From Rebecca billardiae RCC1528 (taxonomy: Eukaryota; Protista; Haptophyta): 64,000 bases of DNA. The notes beneath the pieces were generated by a model. That model was not told the origin of the DNA, searched no databases, and saw only the letters and a list, made by a program, of their open reading frames with translations. The stretch is taken from positions 1,674,001-1,738,000 of the forward strand of contig OZ251225.1 of the NCBI GenBank assembly GCA_965240325.2. The letters run 5' to 3'. The translations under genes were made by a program, and so were the position numbers. This document shows, piece by piece, positions 1 to 11,427 of this stretch; the first letter of the stretch is position 1, and every line of letters begins with the position of its first letter.

Positions 1-706
1 GCGACTCCCGAGGCACCGCGGGCGCGGAGCTCGATTCCTTGGACAGAGCGAGGGTTGGCATCAGCGCGCGGAAGACCGTCTGCGCGTGGCCCGGCAGCAG
101 CCGCTCCAGAGCGCCGAACGCCGCCGCGCGCACCGCGGCACTCCGGCCGGTCTGCCCGCGCAGCAGCTCGCACACGCCCTCCGACACACCATGCGCCACC
201 TCGGCCGACGCCAAGTCGGACGCGTCGTGGAGGGCGAGGGTGAGGGCGTGCAGTGTGGCCTCCACGCTCGTCGTAGCGTGCTGCGCCTCGTCCTCCTCCG
301 AACCGCCGTCGCCATCGGCGAGCTGTCGCGCGGTGCGCACAAAGCCGACGAGCACGACGGGGTGAAGCTGTGCGCGCGCCGTCGCGCTGAGATGCAGCCT
401 GAACGCGGCGAGCGAGGTGGCTGGAGCGCCGTGCTGTAGGGCGAGCGTGAGTGCGAGCAGCTCACGCTCGCCCATCCCGGAGCGCGCGCTCATCTCCTGC
501 AGCGCGGGCGCGCCGCCGCACGCGCGCAGGACGTCGCCGAGCTCGCCGACCACCTCCGCTGACATCTCCGACGCGGTGGCGTAGAGCGGATCTTCGGCGC
601 TCGCGGGGGTGTCGCCGCGGTGCCACGCCTCAAATGACTCGGCTGGCACCTCGCTGAGGCCCAGAGCCCCCAGCATCTCCTCAAGCGCGTCGAAGGATGA
701 CGGCAT
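1..706 (-). CDS. 5' part of an uncharacterised alpha-helical protein running off the window edge (HEAT-like, possibly a condensin-type subunit)
   Basis: ATG at 706 opens a stop-free frame MPSSFDALEEMLGALGLSEVPAESFEAWHRGD...LERLLPGHAQTVFRALMPTLALSK to position 1. It is absent from the ORF track because it has no stop, and lies head-to-head with uL10m. Function is a guess. Confidence 0.6.
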   Translation of the reverse strand, partial: MPSSFDALEEMLGALGLSEVPAESFEAWHRGDTPASAEDPLYATASEMSAEVVGELGDVLRACGGAPALQEMSARSGMGERELLALTLALQHGAPATSLAAFRLHLSATARAQLHPVVLVGFVRTARQLADGDGGSEEDEAQHATTSVEATLHALTLALHDASDLASAEVAHGVSEGVCELLRGQTGRSAAVRAAAFGALERLLPGHAQTVFRALMPTLALSKESSSAPAVPRES

Positions 707-846
707 CGCGCGCGTCGTGCACGGCGGCCGGGCGGAGACGAGCAGGCCGAGCAAAGCGAGGCGGTTTGAAATTGGCCGGTCCGGCTCGCAGAGAACCTCC
801 GGCGGAGTCCGGGCGAGTGCTCGCGCCTCGCGCGCGACACGCGCCC

Positions 847-1446
847 ATGGCGGCTCGCAAGCAAACCCTCAGCAGGCTGCAGCGCGAACTCATTATCGAT
901 GAGGTCGTGCGACTCTTCGAGCGCTCGCAGCTGGTGCTAGTGTCTCACGTGGGCCAGGTCCCGCGGCCTGCGCTCGACAAGTTCCGCGCCGCCCTCGTCG
1001 AGAAGGGAGGGGGCGTGAAGTCGGTGAAGAGCTCGCTCGGCCGCGTGGCGGCGAGCCGCCTTGGGCTCGAGCACGTGGGCCCGCTCTTCAACGGTCCCGC
1101 CGTGCTCGTGCACTCCGGCGAGGAGAAGGGGGTCGATGTCGCCAAGGTGGCGCTCAAGTTTGCCTCCGAGCGACCCGAGGACTTCCTCATCCTCGGTGGC
1201 AAGCTCGAGGGGCAGCAGATCGCCTACTCCCACGTGCCCAAGCTGGTCACGCTCAACACGGAGCAGGTGCAGGGGGAGATGCTCGGCGCCATGCATCCCG
1301 GCGCCTACGCCGGCCAGCTGCTGTCGTTCATCGACCCGTCAACCCACTACCGCGCTCCACCCGTCTCGCAGCACCTCTTGGCCACCCTCGAGACGTGGGT
1401 CCAACAACAGCGCGACGGCGACAGCAGCGCAGGCGCGGCTGGCTGA
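847..1446 (+). CDS. MRPL10: Bacterial-type (mitochondrial) ribosomal protein uL10
   Basis: IIDEVVRLFERSQLVLV...VKSVKSSLGRVAA...LFNGPAVLV...LILGGKLEG follows the uL10 pattern; ATG at 847. Confidence 0.8.
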   Translation: MAARKQTLSRLQRELIIDEVVRLFERSQLVLVSHVGQVPRPALDKFRAALVEKGGGVKSVKSSLGRVAASRLGLEHVGPLFNGPAVLVHSGEEKGVDVAKVALKFASERPEDFLILGGKLEGQQIAYSHVPKLVTLNTEQVQGEMLGAMHPGAYAGQLLSFIDPSTHYRAPPVSQHLLATLETWVQQQRDGDSSAGAAG

Positions 1447-2198
1447 GAGCCGCCTGTGGTACGTCATATGGCTGGCGTACACAGGAGGCTCCGTCAAGCT
1501 TGAACGCCAAACTCATATATGTCAAAAAGCGTCACAAACGCGGGTCAGATTGCATCTCGCGAGCAGTCCCCGGCGTACTCCGCCGTACATCTAATTTTCA
1601 CAGTGAACTACTTAGACTGAGTCTGCCGAGGACTTCCGATGATGAGGTAGCCTGTCGGACCGGTCCGGGCTCCGGGTTGAGGTCGAGGACCGGACTCGGA
1701 GTCGGAGGAAATCGTCTGATGACTGATGAGGTCATTGAGGAGTTACCAATAAGCAAGCACGGGTCCGGCCGGCCGCCGGGACCGGTCCGCGGCACTATCC
1801 GCCGGGCACTTGCCGGGGGCGGGCGCGGCCGCATCATCATGATGATTAAATCATGTGTAGGCCCAACCGCAATGGAAAGGAGGCCCGTGAGGCGACAGGC
1901 GTGACCAGTAGCTGAGCCTGAGCGGTGTCCGACGGGTCCCACTCCCAGCCTCCCGAGAGTGGCCCGTCAGCGCCGGAGGCCGTGATGCCGGTGCGCCGCC
2001 CGTTCGAGCCGCGCACCTCATGGCGGTCTCGTCATGCAGCCGTCACACATGCGTGAAGTTGCAAATACCAGACAGCCCAGCGCAGTCATCTCCCGCCGCC
2101 CGGCCAGCCACCGGTTGTTTCATTGAAGCAACCCTTGAGTGAGCCTGCCCGCAGCCCAGCTCGGATTCGCCCACAGCCCACACGCCGAGCGCGGATGC

Positions 2199-2905
2199 CT
2201 ATTTCTTCTTGCCCTTCTTGCCGGCCTTCTGCTGTTGCTGCTGCTGCTGCGGCGGCGCGATCGCCGCCTGCACCGCTGCTGGCAAGGGTCCAGTCCACGG
2301 GATGATGCCGAGCTGGTGCTGGATGGTGATCTTCTTCTCCTTTGGCGGGTTGACGCGGTGCTCGAGCTGCGCGATGCGCCTGCCGATCTCGAACATGAGT
2401 TGCCTGCGCGTGGTGATGCCGGGGACGATGGGCTTGCCCTGGTCGTCCAGGATGTCGACGCGGACGCGTCCGAAGACGCCCCAGTCGCGGGTGTGCTGCT
2501 TCATCTGCTGAGCGAGCGCATGCGTGAGGGATTCCGCGCGACGTGCAGGGTGGCGGCGTTGAGGACTGCAGCGCGCGAGAGGGCGCGTGGGCCGAGCGCA
2601 GATGCGCAGCACACCTCCAGCTCTGCCTTGAGGTTCAGCTCCTCGCAGACCTCTTGGATTTCCTGTGCCGTAGGCTCCTCCACGGCCACTGACTGGCTGA
2701 CCTTCCGGCCCTCGTGCACAGACTTCTTCTTGTCCAGGTACAGCGGGTAGATGATCGGTCTCCGATCGCGGCCAATGCGCGGTGCGGGCACGGGGGCGAC
2801 GTCCGTGGACGATGGGTCCGGCGCAGCCGTCTCCGTCAGGGGCAGAGGTTCGTCGTCCACCATCTCGACCACAGGCTCTGCGCTGCTGCGCAGAGACGCC
2901 TCCAT
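2199..2905 (-). CDS. SRP19: Signal recognition particle 19 kDa protein, 2 exons (intron 2614..2505/2508)
   Basis: IYPLYLDKKKSVHEGRKV, PTAQEI and RDWGVFGRVRV motifs, Lys-rich tail; GT..AG intron with NAGNAG acceptor. Confidence 0.93.
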
Positions 2906-2995
2906 GATGACGGACACGCGGCTGGGCGTGTCAGCGTGTGTCCGGAAGGATGCGTGATCATCCCGGAAAATGGCGGCGTCGCTGCATCGGGAGCG

Positions 2996-4702
2996 ATGGG
3001 ACTGGGCGCGCTCCTGCTCGGCCTCGTGCCGCTAGCGCCGGGCGCGCTCGCGCCGCCGACCGACGGCTGCGGTTCCTGTCTCACAGACGCGGCTGTGTCG
3101 CGTGTGCTCTTCGACGACAGCGCGTGCGCTCCGGGCAGAGCCGCACACATTCGCGTGGTCGCGTACAGTGCGACGGGCATGCGGATTTTGGCCGGGGGCG
3201 ACCTGCTCACAGTGCAACTTTGCGAGTCGGCCGCGTGCGATCGCGGCGGTGTGTACCCGCTCGAGGCGATCGATCGCTGTGATGGCACCTACCACGCCCC
3301 GATCCCGTGCGCTGCGCTGCCGAGCGGGCAGTACCACGTACGCGTAACTCTGGACAATGCGCTGCGTCGGGACGAGCTCGAGCCAGCGCAGTGGTTCTGC
3401 GGCTCGAACGCCTCCGCCTTCCGCGGGTGGGATCGACTGACGTACAACCAGCTGCGGAAGCTGTACGCCTGCGCCGAAGGTCGGGCCGTCGGCGCTGCCT
3501 CCGGCCGCCGATTGTCAGTCTTTGCGTCGGTAGCCCGCCCTGCGGCTGCGAGCGCGCGCTGTGAGGCGAGCTTTGCGCGCGCAGCGCACCCCGCACGGAC
3601 TGATGCGCGCGAGCTGGCGCCCATCTTCGTGCCTTGCACGCCACCTCAGGCGGCGCAGAAGACGATGCTATTCGATCAGGCTGAGTTCCACCACTGCCTC
3701 GCAACAAGCGACGGCGAGTGCGTGCTCGAGCCGAGCGCGGAGCTGCCGTCGTGCCTGCAGGGCAAGCGCGTCAGCCTCGTGGGCGACAGCGTGGTCGAGG
3801 CGGCGCAGTTCGACGTCTTACACATGTGGGGCGGGCACCAGCGCAACCGATCGGGCGCGCCCATCGACAAGCTCGCAGCGGGCTACTGCAAGTGGGATGG
3901 CCCGTCGCTGAAGTGGATCGCGCGCGTGCGCAAGGCGCCGCGGCCAAAGGCGAACGTGAGCGGGCTGTGCGCGGCGCCGGACGACGGGCTGGACCCGTGT
4001 CCTCACGCGCCGACCACCCTGAGCTACCTCAACCTGCGCCAGCCCTTTCGACGGGGGATACCCATCTTCCTCAAGGCCACCAGCTGGCAGGCCATCGAGC
4101 TCGCCCTCGCCCAGCACGACGTGGTCATCCTCGAGTCGTCGCGGCACGACCTCGCGCAGGTGCTCCCCTTCAACAAGTACGTCAAGGACAAGCGCTCGGT
4201 GCTCGGCGCGTATCGGAATAACGCGCTCAGGCTCGCGCGCAGGCTGAAGCAGGCCGTCGCGAGGCTCGGCCTGCGCACCCGCGTGGTGTGGCGCACGGCA
4301 GTGCCGCCCCCGCCGCTGCACGCGTGCTCGCTCACGTCGAACAACCTGGCGATCGTACAGATTGCCAACGAGGCTGCGATCAGCGCGTTCAGAGCCGAGG
4401 GGCTCGAGGTGATGCCGCTGCACCGCTGGGTGGCGCACGGCGCGTACCACCCGCGGTGGTGGCCTCGCGCCGTCCTGGCCGACTTGACGGAGATCGAGGA
4501 CCTCAAGGATCGGAAGGGCCCCTTCGTTGTCCCGACCGACGTGCATACCCACGAGGGGTGGTGCCCGCGCGTGCGCCAGGCCAACGCAGAGCTGGGCTCG
4601 AACGCAAGTGCTGAGCAATTGGGACATCGCTACGGCTGGCTGAGCAAGACGATGACGCAGCTCACTATGCATGCACTGTGCTGGCAGCGGCGTGCACGAT
4701 AG
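2996..4702 (+). CDS. Secreted NXPE/PC-esterase (SGNH-like) protein, putative glycan O-acetyltransferase or esterase
   Basis: Signal peptide MGLGALLLGLVPLAPG; Ig-like GGDLLTVQL...DRCDGTY; GKRVSLVGDS catalytic motif; VVWRT and late PTDVH. Confidence 0.7.
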   Translation: MGLGALLLGLVPLAPGALAPPTDGCGSCLTDAAVSRVLFDDSACAPGRAAHIRVVAYSATGMRILAGGDLLTVQLCESAACDRGGVYPLEAIDRCDGTYHAPIPCAALPSGQYHVRVTLDNALRRDELEPAQWFCGSNASAFRGWDRLTYNQLRKLYACAEGRAVGAASGRRLSVFASVARPAAASARCEASFARAAHPARTDARELAPIFVPCTPPQAAQKTMLFDQAEFHHCLATSDGECVLEPSAELPSCLQGKRVSLVGDSVVEAAQFDVLHMWGGHQRNRSGAPIDKLAAGYCKWDGPSLKWIARVRKAPRPKANVSGLCAAPDDGLDPCPHAPTTLSYLNLRQPFRRGIPIFLKATSWQAIELALAQHDVVILESSRHDLAQVLPFNKYVKDKRSVLGAYRNNALRLARRLKQAVARLGLRTRVVWRTAVPPPPLHACSLTSNNLAIVQIANEAAISAFRAEGLEVMPLHRWVAHGAYHPRWWPRAVLADLTEIEDLKDRKGPFVVPTDVHTHEGWCPRVRQANAELGSNASAEQLGHRYGWLSKTMTQLTMHALCWQRRAR

Positions 4703-5052
4703 CGTCGCTGCCTCGCGGGCGCGCAAGCCCCACCTGAGTCCAGGCCGACGTACTAGTACGCGCTGTCGCTGTGTGAGTGTGTGACCCGCCGGCGACGCCA
4801 CGAGTTCGGCCGGCAGTTCGCATCCTCAATCAGGCGGACGCGGTGCCGCAGGCTGGCGGCCGCAGGCGCATTGTGATTGTGTCAGCTGACGCCGGCGGGA
4901 CTGGACAGACTCAGGGTTATCAGATACTGTGACCCCGCCGTCGGACTCGGCGCGCGGCCTGTCGTCCGCGCGCCTATGATGATAGCTATTTATTCGTCAG
5001 AGTCGCGCATGATAAGAGCGGCCGACACGCGTTCATCGGCCCATCCCCAGCG

Positions 5053-6206
5053 CTATTCACCTGCGTCCATGAGGTAGGTGAGCAGTGACGCGTGGTCGTC
5101 GCCAAACACGGTGTACGCCTGCACGACGCGAGCCTCGTCGTAGCCCATGCCGACGAGCTGCGAGACGATCGGAGGAAGCACATCGCTCGTGTACTCCCCT
5201 CGCTCGAAGGCCGACGCGGAGCCGCCGTTTGCACCGAGTGCGGACGCCTGCGCAGAGCCGAGCGGGCGCGCGCGCGCGCGGGCGCGCATGCGGTTCACGA
5301 GCGCTCTCGTGAGCAGGCTGTCCACGTGCAGCAGCGTCATCCCCTCGCCCCTCGCCGCGCGCGCCGCGCGCCGCGCGGTGCGCGGTGCGCGCGCACCGCC
5401 AGCGCCGCGCGCTCCATCTCCTCCTCGATCGCCGCGCGCTCCGACTCCGCGGCGCTGGCCGCCAGCAGCAGCTGCTCCACGTGCTCCCCCTCAGACGCGG
5501 CCTGCGCGTGCTTCAGCTCGCGCTGCCGGTCGGCGGAGGGCTGGTAGGCGGGGAGGCCGAGGCCGACGCCGACGGAGGGCGCGTCGAGGTCGATCAGCGC
5601 GTTGAAGTGGTTGCGGTTGTGGTACGACAGGCAGATCGGCGGCAGCCCCTCGCACCCCTCCGGCTGGAACGTGTTGATCGGCTCGTCAGAGTAGCAGTAC
5701 ACGTGGATCGGCCGCGCGTACATCTCGGACATGGCGTGCATCTCGACGTGGTTGCCGAAGGTCTGCGGCTGGCGCTTACGCGCGAGGTAGTGCTCGAAGT
5801 CCTCCGTCACGTACCGCGCGAAGAACTCGCGCTCCTTGGAGAGGTGGTCCACGCACAGCGCGCGCACGTGGTCATGCATCTCCTCGTCGCCGTACACGTG
5901 CTGGCTGACGGCACGGAAGAGGCAGGAGCCGTCCTGGCGGACGCGTTTGATGCTGAAACCGCGACGCTTCATGCGCTCCTCGAAAGCGCGCTCGTTCTCC
6001 TCCTGCGCACGGCGGATTCAACGCGCGCAGGACACGCGAATCTGCATGACGTGCACGCGCGAACGCGCACAGCCGCACCACCGGGCGCGCACCAGCTCGC
6101 TGAGCTCCGCCTGCGTAGGCTGGTGATGGTCGTACTCGTCAGCGCTGTTGTATTCCTCGTCGTCGCGCCACGCTCCCACCTGTGAGGGCCCTCCGAGCTC
6201 CCGCAT
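5053..6206 (-). CDS. OTU-domain deubiquitinase (OTUD5-like) with C-terminal UBA-like domain, 3 exons (introns 6092..6003, 5396..5248)
   Basis: DGSCLFRAV catalytic Cys, GNHVEM, LSYHNRNHFN catalytic His, YNSADE and GVGLGLP motifs; SQLVGMGY UBA-like motif. Confidence 0.9.
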
Positions 6207-6451
6207 CCGTGCACGCACCGGCCGCCAGCCCGCCTAAGCTCGGATAAAGTAAAAAAAACCAGCTGGAGAGGCTATTAAGAAAACCGCCTCACGTCCGGGC
6301 CGGGGCGCCGCCGCCGCCGCGCAACACTCCGGCCAATCCGGGCGATCTTTTTTCCGCGGGCCGGCGCCAAAAGTGGAGGTCGCGTGAGAATCAGCGCATC
6401 ACCACGGATTCACTCCGCGTCTCCGTCGTCGAGTCGATTACGGCCGCCAGG

Positions 6452-8106
6452 ATGCCGATCTACCTCGAGACGTGCACCGCACCTACCAACATTGCGGTGA
6501 TCAAGTACTGGGGCAAGGACGAGCCGCGTGGGCTCAACACGCCCATTAACTCGTCGGCGTCCGTGACTCTCTCGCAGGATGACCTGCGCGCGGAGACGAC
6601 GGTGGCTGCGAGTCCCGACTTTGTGAGGGACCGGCTGTGGCTGAACGGCAAGGAGGAGGACACGCAGGGCGATGGGACGCACGCGAAGCGGCTTCGCAAG
6701 TGCCTCGCCGAGATGCGCGCCCTTGCGCGCGACCGCGTCGATGAGAGCGGGAAGGTCGTCTGCAAGGCGGCCGACCTCGCGTCGTACAAGGTGCACGTTG
6801 CCAGCCGCAACACCTTCCCGACGGCGGCGGGCCTTGCGAGCTCGGCCGCCGGGTACGCGTGCCTGGTGTTCACGCTGGCGAAGCTGTACAATGTGCAGGA
6901 GAAGTACGAGGGCCAGCTCTCCACCATCGCGCGCCAGGGCTCGGGCTCGGCGTGCCGCTCCCTGTACGGCGGCTTTGTGAAGTGGGTGAAGGGCGTGAAG
7001 AAGGACGCGACCGACTCGATGGCGGTGCAGGTGGCGGACCAGGCGCACTGGCCGGAGATGCGCGCGGTGATCCTGGTGATCAACGCGGGCAAGAAGGACA
7101 CGCCCTCCACCGAGGGCATGCAGACCTCCGTCGCCACCTCGCCGCTGCTCGCCTTCCGCGCGGACAAGGTGGTGGAGGACCGGCTCAAGGCGATGGAGGT
7201 CGCGTACCGGAACAAGGACTTCGACACGTTCGGCAAGCTCTCGATGCAGGACTCGAACCAGTTCCACGCGACGTGCCTCGACACGTACCCGCCCATCTTC
7301 TACCTCAACGACGCCTCGCGGCAGGTGCGCGCCGCGCGCGCTCGCGGCCGTCGCGGCCGCGGCAAAGCGCGCGCCCGACCGGCCTGACGCCCTGGTCCTG
7401 CCGTTGTGCCCGACGCGCCGCAGGCCATCCGCCTGTGCCACGCCTTCAACGACAAGAAGGGGCGCATCGCCGCGGCGTACACCTTCGACGCCGGGCCGAA
7501 CGCCGTGATCTACTGCCTCGAGCCCGATCGCGATGAGCTCCTTGCGTACATGTGCGCGCGAGCGCGCGCTCTGGCCGCGGCCGGCGCTCCGGCCTGGCCT
7601 TGGGGATGCGCGCGTGTGCGTGCGGCGGGCCCCGACTGGGCGGGCGAAGGGCACGCGTGGAGCGCTCGCGCACGCGCACCGCGCTCACACGCCGCGCTCG
7701 TGCGCGACGCGGCCGCAGGCTCTACTTCTTCCCGGCGCCCTCCTCGGACGTGGAGGCGTACACCAACAAGCCTGAGCTGCTGCGCGCCGCGGCCAAGCTC
7801 AAGGTGGACCCGGCCATCATCGCCGCGGGCGAGGAGCTGCGCACGCCTGCAAAGGGCGACTGCAAGATGATCTACTGCACGTCGGTGGGCGACGGCCCGC
7901 GCGTGCTCCCGATCTCGGAGTCGCTCATCGACCCGGAGTCGGGCATGCCTGTGGCGAGCAAGGTGCAGAAGTGGCAGCAGACGCTCGGCGGGCAGGCGGG
8001 TGCGTCGGGCGGCTGCCCCATCCATAAGCTGCCGCTCAAGTCCCTGGGCGCAGTTGCGCTGGCCGTCGTCGGCATCGCGGCCTTGTCAGCGGGCGCAAAG
8101 CGCTGA
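6452..8106 (+). CDS. MVD: Diphosphomevalonate decarboxylase, 3 exons (introns 7325..7423, 7552..7718), with C-terminal hydrophobic extension
   Basis: [40 protein letters not shown] and YTFDAGPN signature motifs; spliced frames are consistent. Confidence 0.96.
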
Positions 8107-8703
8107 TTCCCATCGGGTCGGCGGCCTGCGGCACAGCTGAACGTGGCGCGCACGCGTGTGGACTGCTCGGTTGCGATGTGCACAAGCAGCGTCGCGGCAC
8201 CGGCGAGCTCCTGGCCTGCTGACAGCTACCAGGATTCGCGAGCTCGAACCCGCGCGCCGCTGCCCGACCGCCAAGCAGCAACGGTAGGTAGCGTGAGCCC
8301 CAGGCCTAAACTAGAATTTCCTTGCCTTGGCGCTTATTATATATTTGAAATATGCTGATGTATATCGTCGCGTATTCAGAGTGCTGAGTATCGCATCACC
8401 CAATGAGCTAGTAATAGTTATTAATTACTGCTTCGGATGCTGTGACCATGATGTAACCGTCGGCCGGCGTCGGGCGCCAGCCTGATGGCCGCGACTGCAA
8501 CTCGCCAGCGCAGCCGCAGCGGCGCAGCGCGCTGCGGCGCGGCGCTGCCGCGTCGCCGTCATGCCCGTCATGACCCGCGTGTCATCAGTGATCAGGCGAT
8601 CAGCAGTCGGGCATCATGCACAGTGATGTCAGAGTATACGGTACACGACGACGACTGTGCGACAACTTGAGCGACTGGCGGCGGCATTTCGACGACACCG
8701 CCG

Positions 8704-10164
8704 TCAGATTCCGCGTGGCCCGCGACCCCCGCGCGCTCGAGCACCAGGCTGCGCAGCTCGGCCGAGGCCCTTGCGCTTCTGTCGCGCGCTCAGCACGCCG
8801 GCGCCCTGATCGAGCGCGCGCAGCTCGGCCGGCACGCGCTGCCCAGCAGCCGTGAGGATTTGGATAAGCGCGTGCGCCGCCTTGCCATCCGTCTCGCGCG
8901 AGAAGAGCGTGACGGCAAGCCCCCCGGCACCCGCGCGGCCGGTGCGGCCGATGCGGTGCACATAGTCCTCGATGCCCTGCGCGCCGATCGCCATCGGCAC
9001 GTCGCAGTTGACGACGAGGCCGATGTCCGCCACGTCGATGCCGCGCGCGGCCACGTCCGTCGCCACGAGGAGGCGGACGTCGCCGCGCGCGAAGGCGGCG
9101 AGTGCCTCCTCGCGCTCGTGCTGCGGCCGGTCGCCGTGGAGCGCGTCAACGGCCGGCGCGCCGGGCAGTGCCGCCAGCTCGGAAGCAAGCTGCGCGCACC
9201 CGGCCTTGGTGTTCACAAACAGCAGCGCACGCGGGGGCGGGCTGGCGCCCTGCGGCGCGTACCCACGCTCGGCGAGCAGGCGGCGGAGGTGCGCGGGCTT
9301 CTCGGCCTCGGAGATGACGCGGACCTCCTGCGTGATCGTGCGCACCGCGCGAAGCACGTCGTCGTCCGTCGTCGCGCCCACCTCAGCACTGCCTTGGCCA
9401 CCGCTGCACGTGTCTCCGCGCTCGCCGTTCGCGGCCGCTGCGGGGCCGATGCGCACATGCACGGGCGCGGAGAGGAGCTCGGACGCAAGAGACCGCACGT
9501 GCGCGGGCCACGTTGCGGTGAACAGGAGCGTCTGCCGTCGCGCCGCCGCGTGGGCCAGCACGTCGCGCACCTGCTGCTCGAAGCCCATGTCGAGCATCCG
9601 ATCCGCCTCGTCCAAGATGGTGAGGCTTGCCTTGCTCAGCAGCCACGCGTGCCGGGACGCGATCAGCAGGATGCGACCGGGCGTGCCCACGAGCAGCTCG
9701 ACGCCGTCGGCGATCGTCTCGAGGTCATGCCGTACGTCGGTGCCGCCGTAGCAGCACGCGGAGCGCAGGTCAATGGGCGCGCCGTGCGCGGCGACCTGCT
9801 GGCCGATCTGCGAAGCCAGCTCGCGCGTCGGCGCGAGCACGAGCGCGCTGCACTGCTGGGTGGGCGTGCTCGCCTGACGGCGGGCGTGTCGCATGGCGGG
9901 CAGCACGTACGCGAGTGTCTTTCCTGAGCCCGTCTCCGCCACGGCGACGAGGTCGTGCCCTGCTGCCGCGATGGGCCAGCTAATCGCCTGCACGGGCGTT
10001 GGCCGTGCAAACATGCGCTCGAGGTGGTCGACAAGCCGACGGTCAAAGAGCTCACGCGCATGGACAAAGTCGGTGGCGAGAGTATCGAGCAGGTCGGTGG
10101 GGCCGCCCGCACTGCCGCCGTCGACCACGCGGATGTTGTGCTTGGCGCAGTAGGGAGTCACCAT
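8704..10164 (-). CDS. DEAD-box RNA helicase (DBP2/p68-like)
   Basis: Q motif PTPVQ, AETGSGKT, PTRELA, TPGR, DEAD, TAT, RGID and HRIGRTGR. Confidence 0.93.
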   Translation of the reverse strand: MVTPYCAKHNIRVVDGGSAGGPTDLLDTLATDFVHARELFDRRLVDHLERMFARPTPVQAISWPIAAAGHDLVAVAETGSGKTLAYVLPAMRHARRQASTPTQQCSALVLAPTRELASQIGQQVAAHGAPIDLRSACCYGGTDVRHDLETIADGVELLVGTPGRILLIASRHAWLLSKASLTILDEADRMLDMGFEQQVRDVLAHAAARRQTLLFTATWPAHVRSLASELLSAPVHVRIGPAAAANGERGDTCSGGQGSAEVGATTDDDVLRAVRTITQEVRVISEAEKPAHLRRLLAERGYAPQGASPPPRALLFVNTKAGCAQLASELAALPGAPAVDALHGDRPQHEREEALAAFARGDVRLLVATDVAARGIDVADIGLVVNCDVPMAIGAQGIEDYVHRIGRTGRAGAGGLAVTLFSRETDGKAAHALIQILTAAGQRVPAELRALDQGAGVLSARQKRKGLGRAAQPGARARGGRGPRGI

Positions 10165-10305
10165 CTTCCGGTGGCACGCGCCGTCGCCATCGTTGGAATG
10201 AGGTCAATAGCTGAGGGCACAGCAGGGCACCCGGCAGCCACCGCTCCCGCAAGCGGCTGTGCACGCAGTAGTGGCAGTGCCTTTCACGAGCGTCCAGCCG
10301 GCGGC

Positions 10306-11427
10306 ATGGAGCAAGCGCGGGTGGTCGAGCCTGACGAAGACGCTGCTGCGGTGTCGCTGCTCGTGCGGCAGATGGTGCACTATGTGAGTACGTCTGTCGC
10401 GATCGAGCGCGTCGCCGCCGACATGGCCATCCTGGAGCGGCGGCAAGCCTCGGCATGGACGTCAGAGCTTGCACACGAGCTCACGCGCCGGCAGCAGCCT
10501 GCGCAGCGCGGCGTGCCAGCCCAGCCTGGGAAAGGTGGCTCGCAAGGCGAATCGAACGGCACGCGTGGGGGACGGGCAACACGAGCGGCACCCCCGGGCG
10601 ACAAGCGACCGAGCGCATCCGCATCCAGGCGGAACAGCGTGGAGGCTGCGGCGACTTCGGCCGCAAGCTCACGTCTCAAGGGCGGAGACACGGGATCGCG
10701 CGCGCCGGTGAAACAACGCGCGGGCGCAAAGCCCGGCCGGAGCCGGGCGGGCACCGTGAGCCAAGCCGGCGGGGCGGAGGCCTCGGTGCGTCCGACCCTC
10801 TCCGACATCATCGTGCTCGGCCCCCACGGCGGCGATCCGGAAGTCACTGCCTTTACCGGCTGCGTCGGGGACGCCGTCGTGGCAGGAGAGGATCAGGCGG
10901 TGCGGGTGCTGCGCAAGCGGCTGGCACAGCTCTCGGCGGCGCGTTATGAGACCGAGCGCGAGGAGCGGCGTGAGCGGCTCGAGCGGCGGACATCTATCCG
11001 CTCGCTGGACGGCTTGGCCTCTTCGCTCGGCAACACTCCGCCCGGCGCTGGCGGTGCGCCGCAGGTGCTCTCTGGCGAGAAGATGCAGGCGCGGATGCGG
11101 GTCGAGCGCGCACGGCAGGCCCTCGCCGCGGCGGAAGTCAGTGTGGCCGACCCGCCGCAGCCGTCACCCAGCGTCTTTCTGGGGAGCTTCGGCACCAGCG
11201 CCACCAGCTCGACGCCTTCACCGGCGGCACCTCCCCTCCATCGAGTTCGCTCGCACCCGGCTGCACGCATCCCAATGCCAGTCACCAAGGTGACTCGTGC
11301 CGCCGTGAGCGACATTCGAGGGCCATCCTCCGGTGCGCTCGGCGACGCAGTCGGCGCCGGCACGGGGGGGTCCCCGCAGGTGCCCCCCAGCGTGCTACGC
11401 ACTGCACTTCACCTGCCACGGCGGTAG
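10306..11427 (+). CDS. Hypothetical low-complexity/coiled-coil protein
   Basis: Long ORF from ATG 10306, head-to-head with the helicase; no recognised domain. Confidence 0.55.
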   Translation: MEQARVVEPDEDAAAVSLLVRQMVHYVSTSVAIERVAADMAILERRQASAWTSELAHELTRRQQPAQRGVPAQPGKGGSQGESNGTRGGRATRAAPPGDKRPSASASRRNSVEAAATSAASSRLKGGDTGSRAPVKQRAGAKPGRSRAGTVSQAGGAEASVRPTLSDIIVLGPHGGDPEVTAFTGCVGDAVVAGEDQAVRVLRKRLAQLSAARYETEREERRERLERRTSIRSLDGLASSLGNTPPGAGGAPQVLSGEKMQARMRVERARQALAAAEVSVADPPQPSPSVFLGSFGTSATSSTPSPAAPPLHRVRSHPAARIPMPVTKVTRAAVSDIRGPSSGALGDAVGAGTGGSPQVPPSVLRTALHLPRR

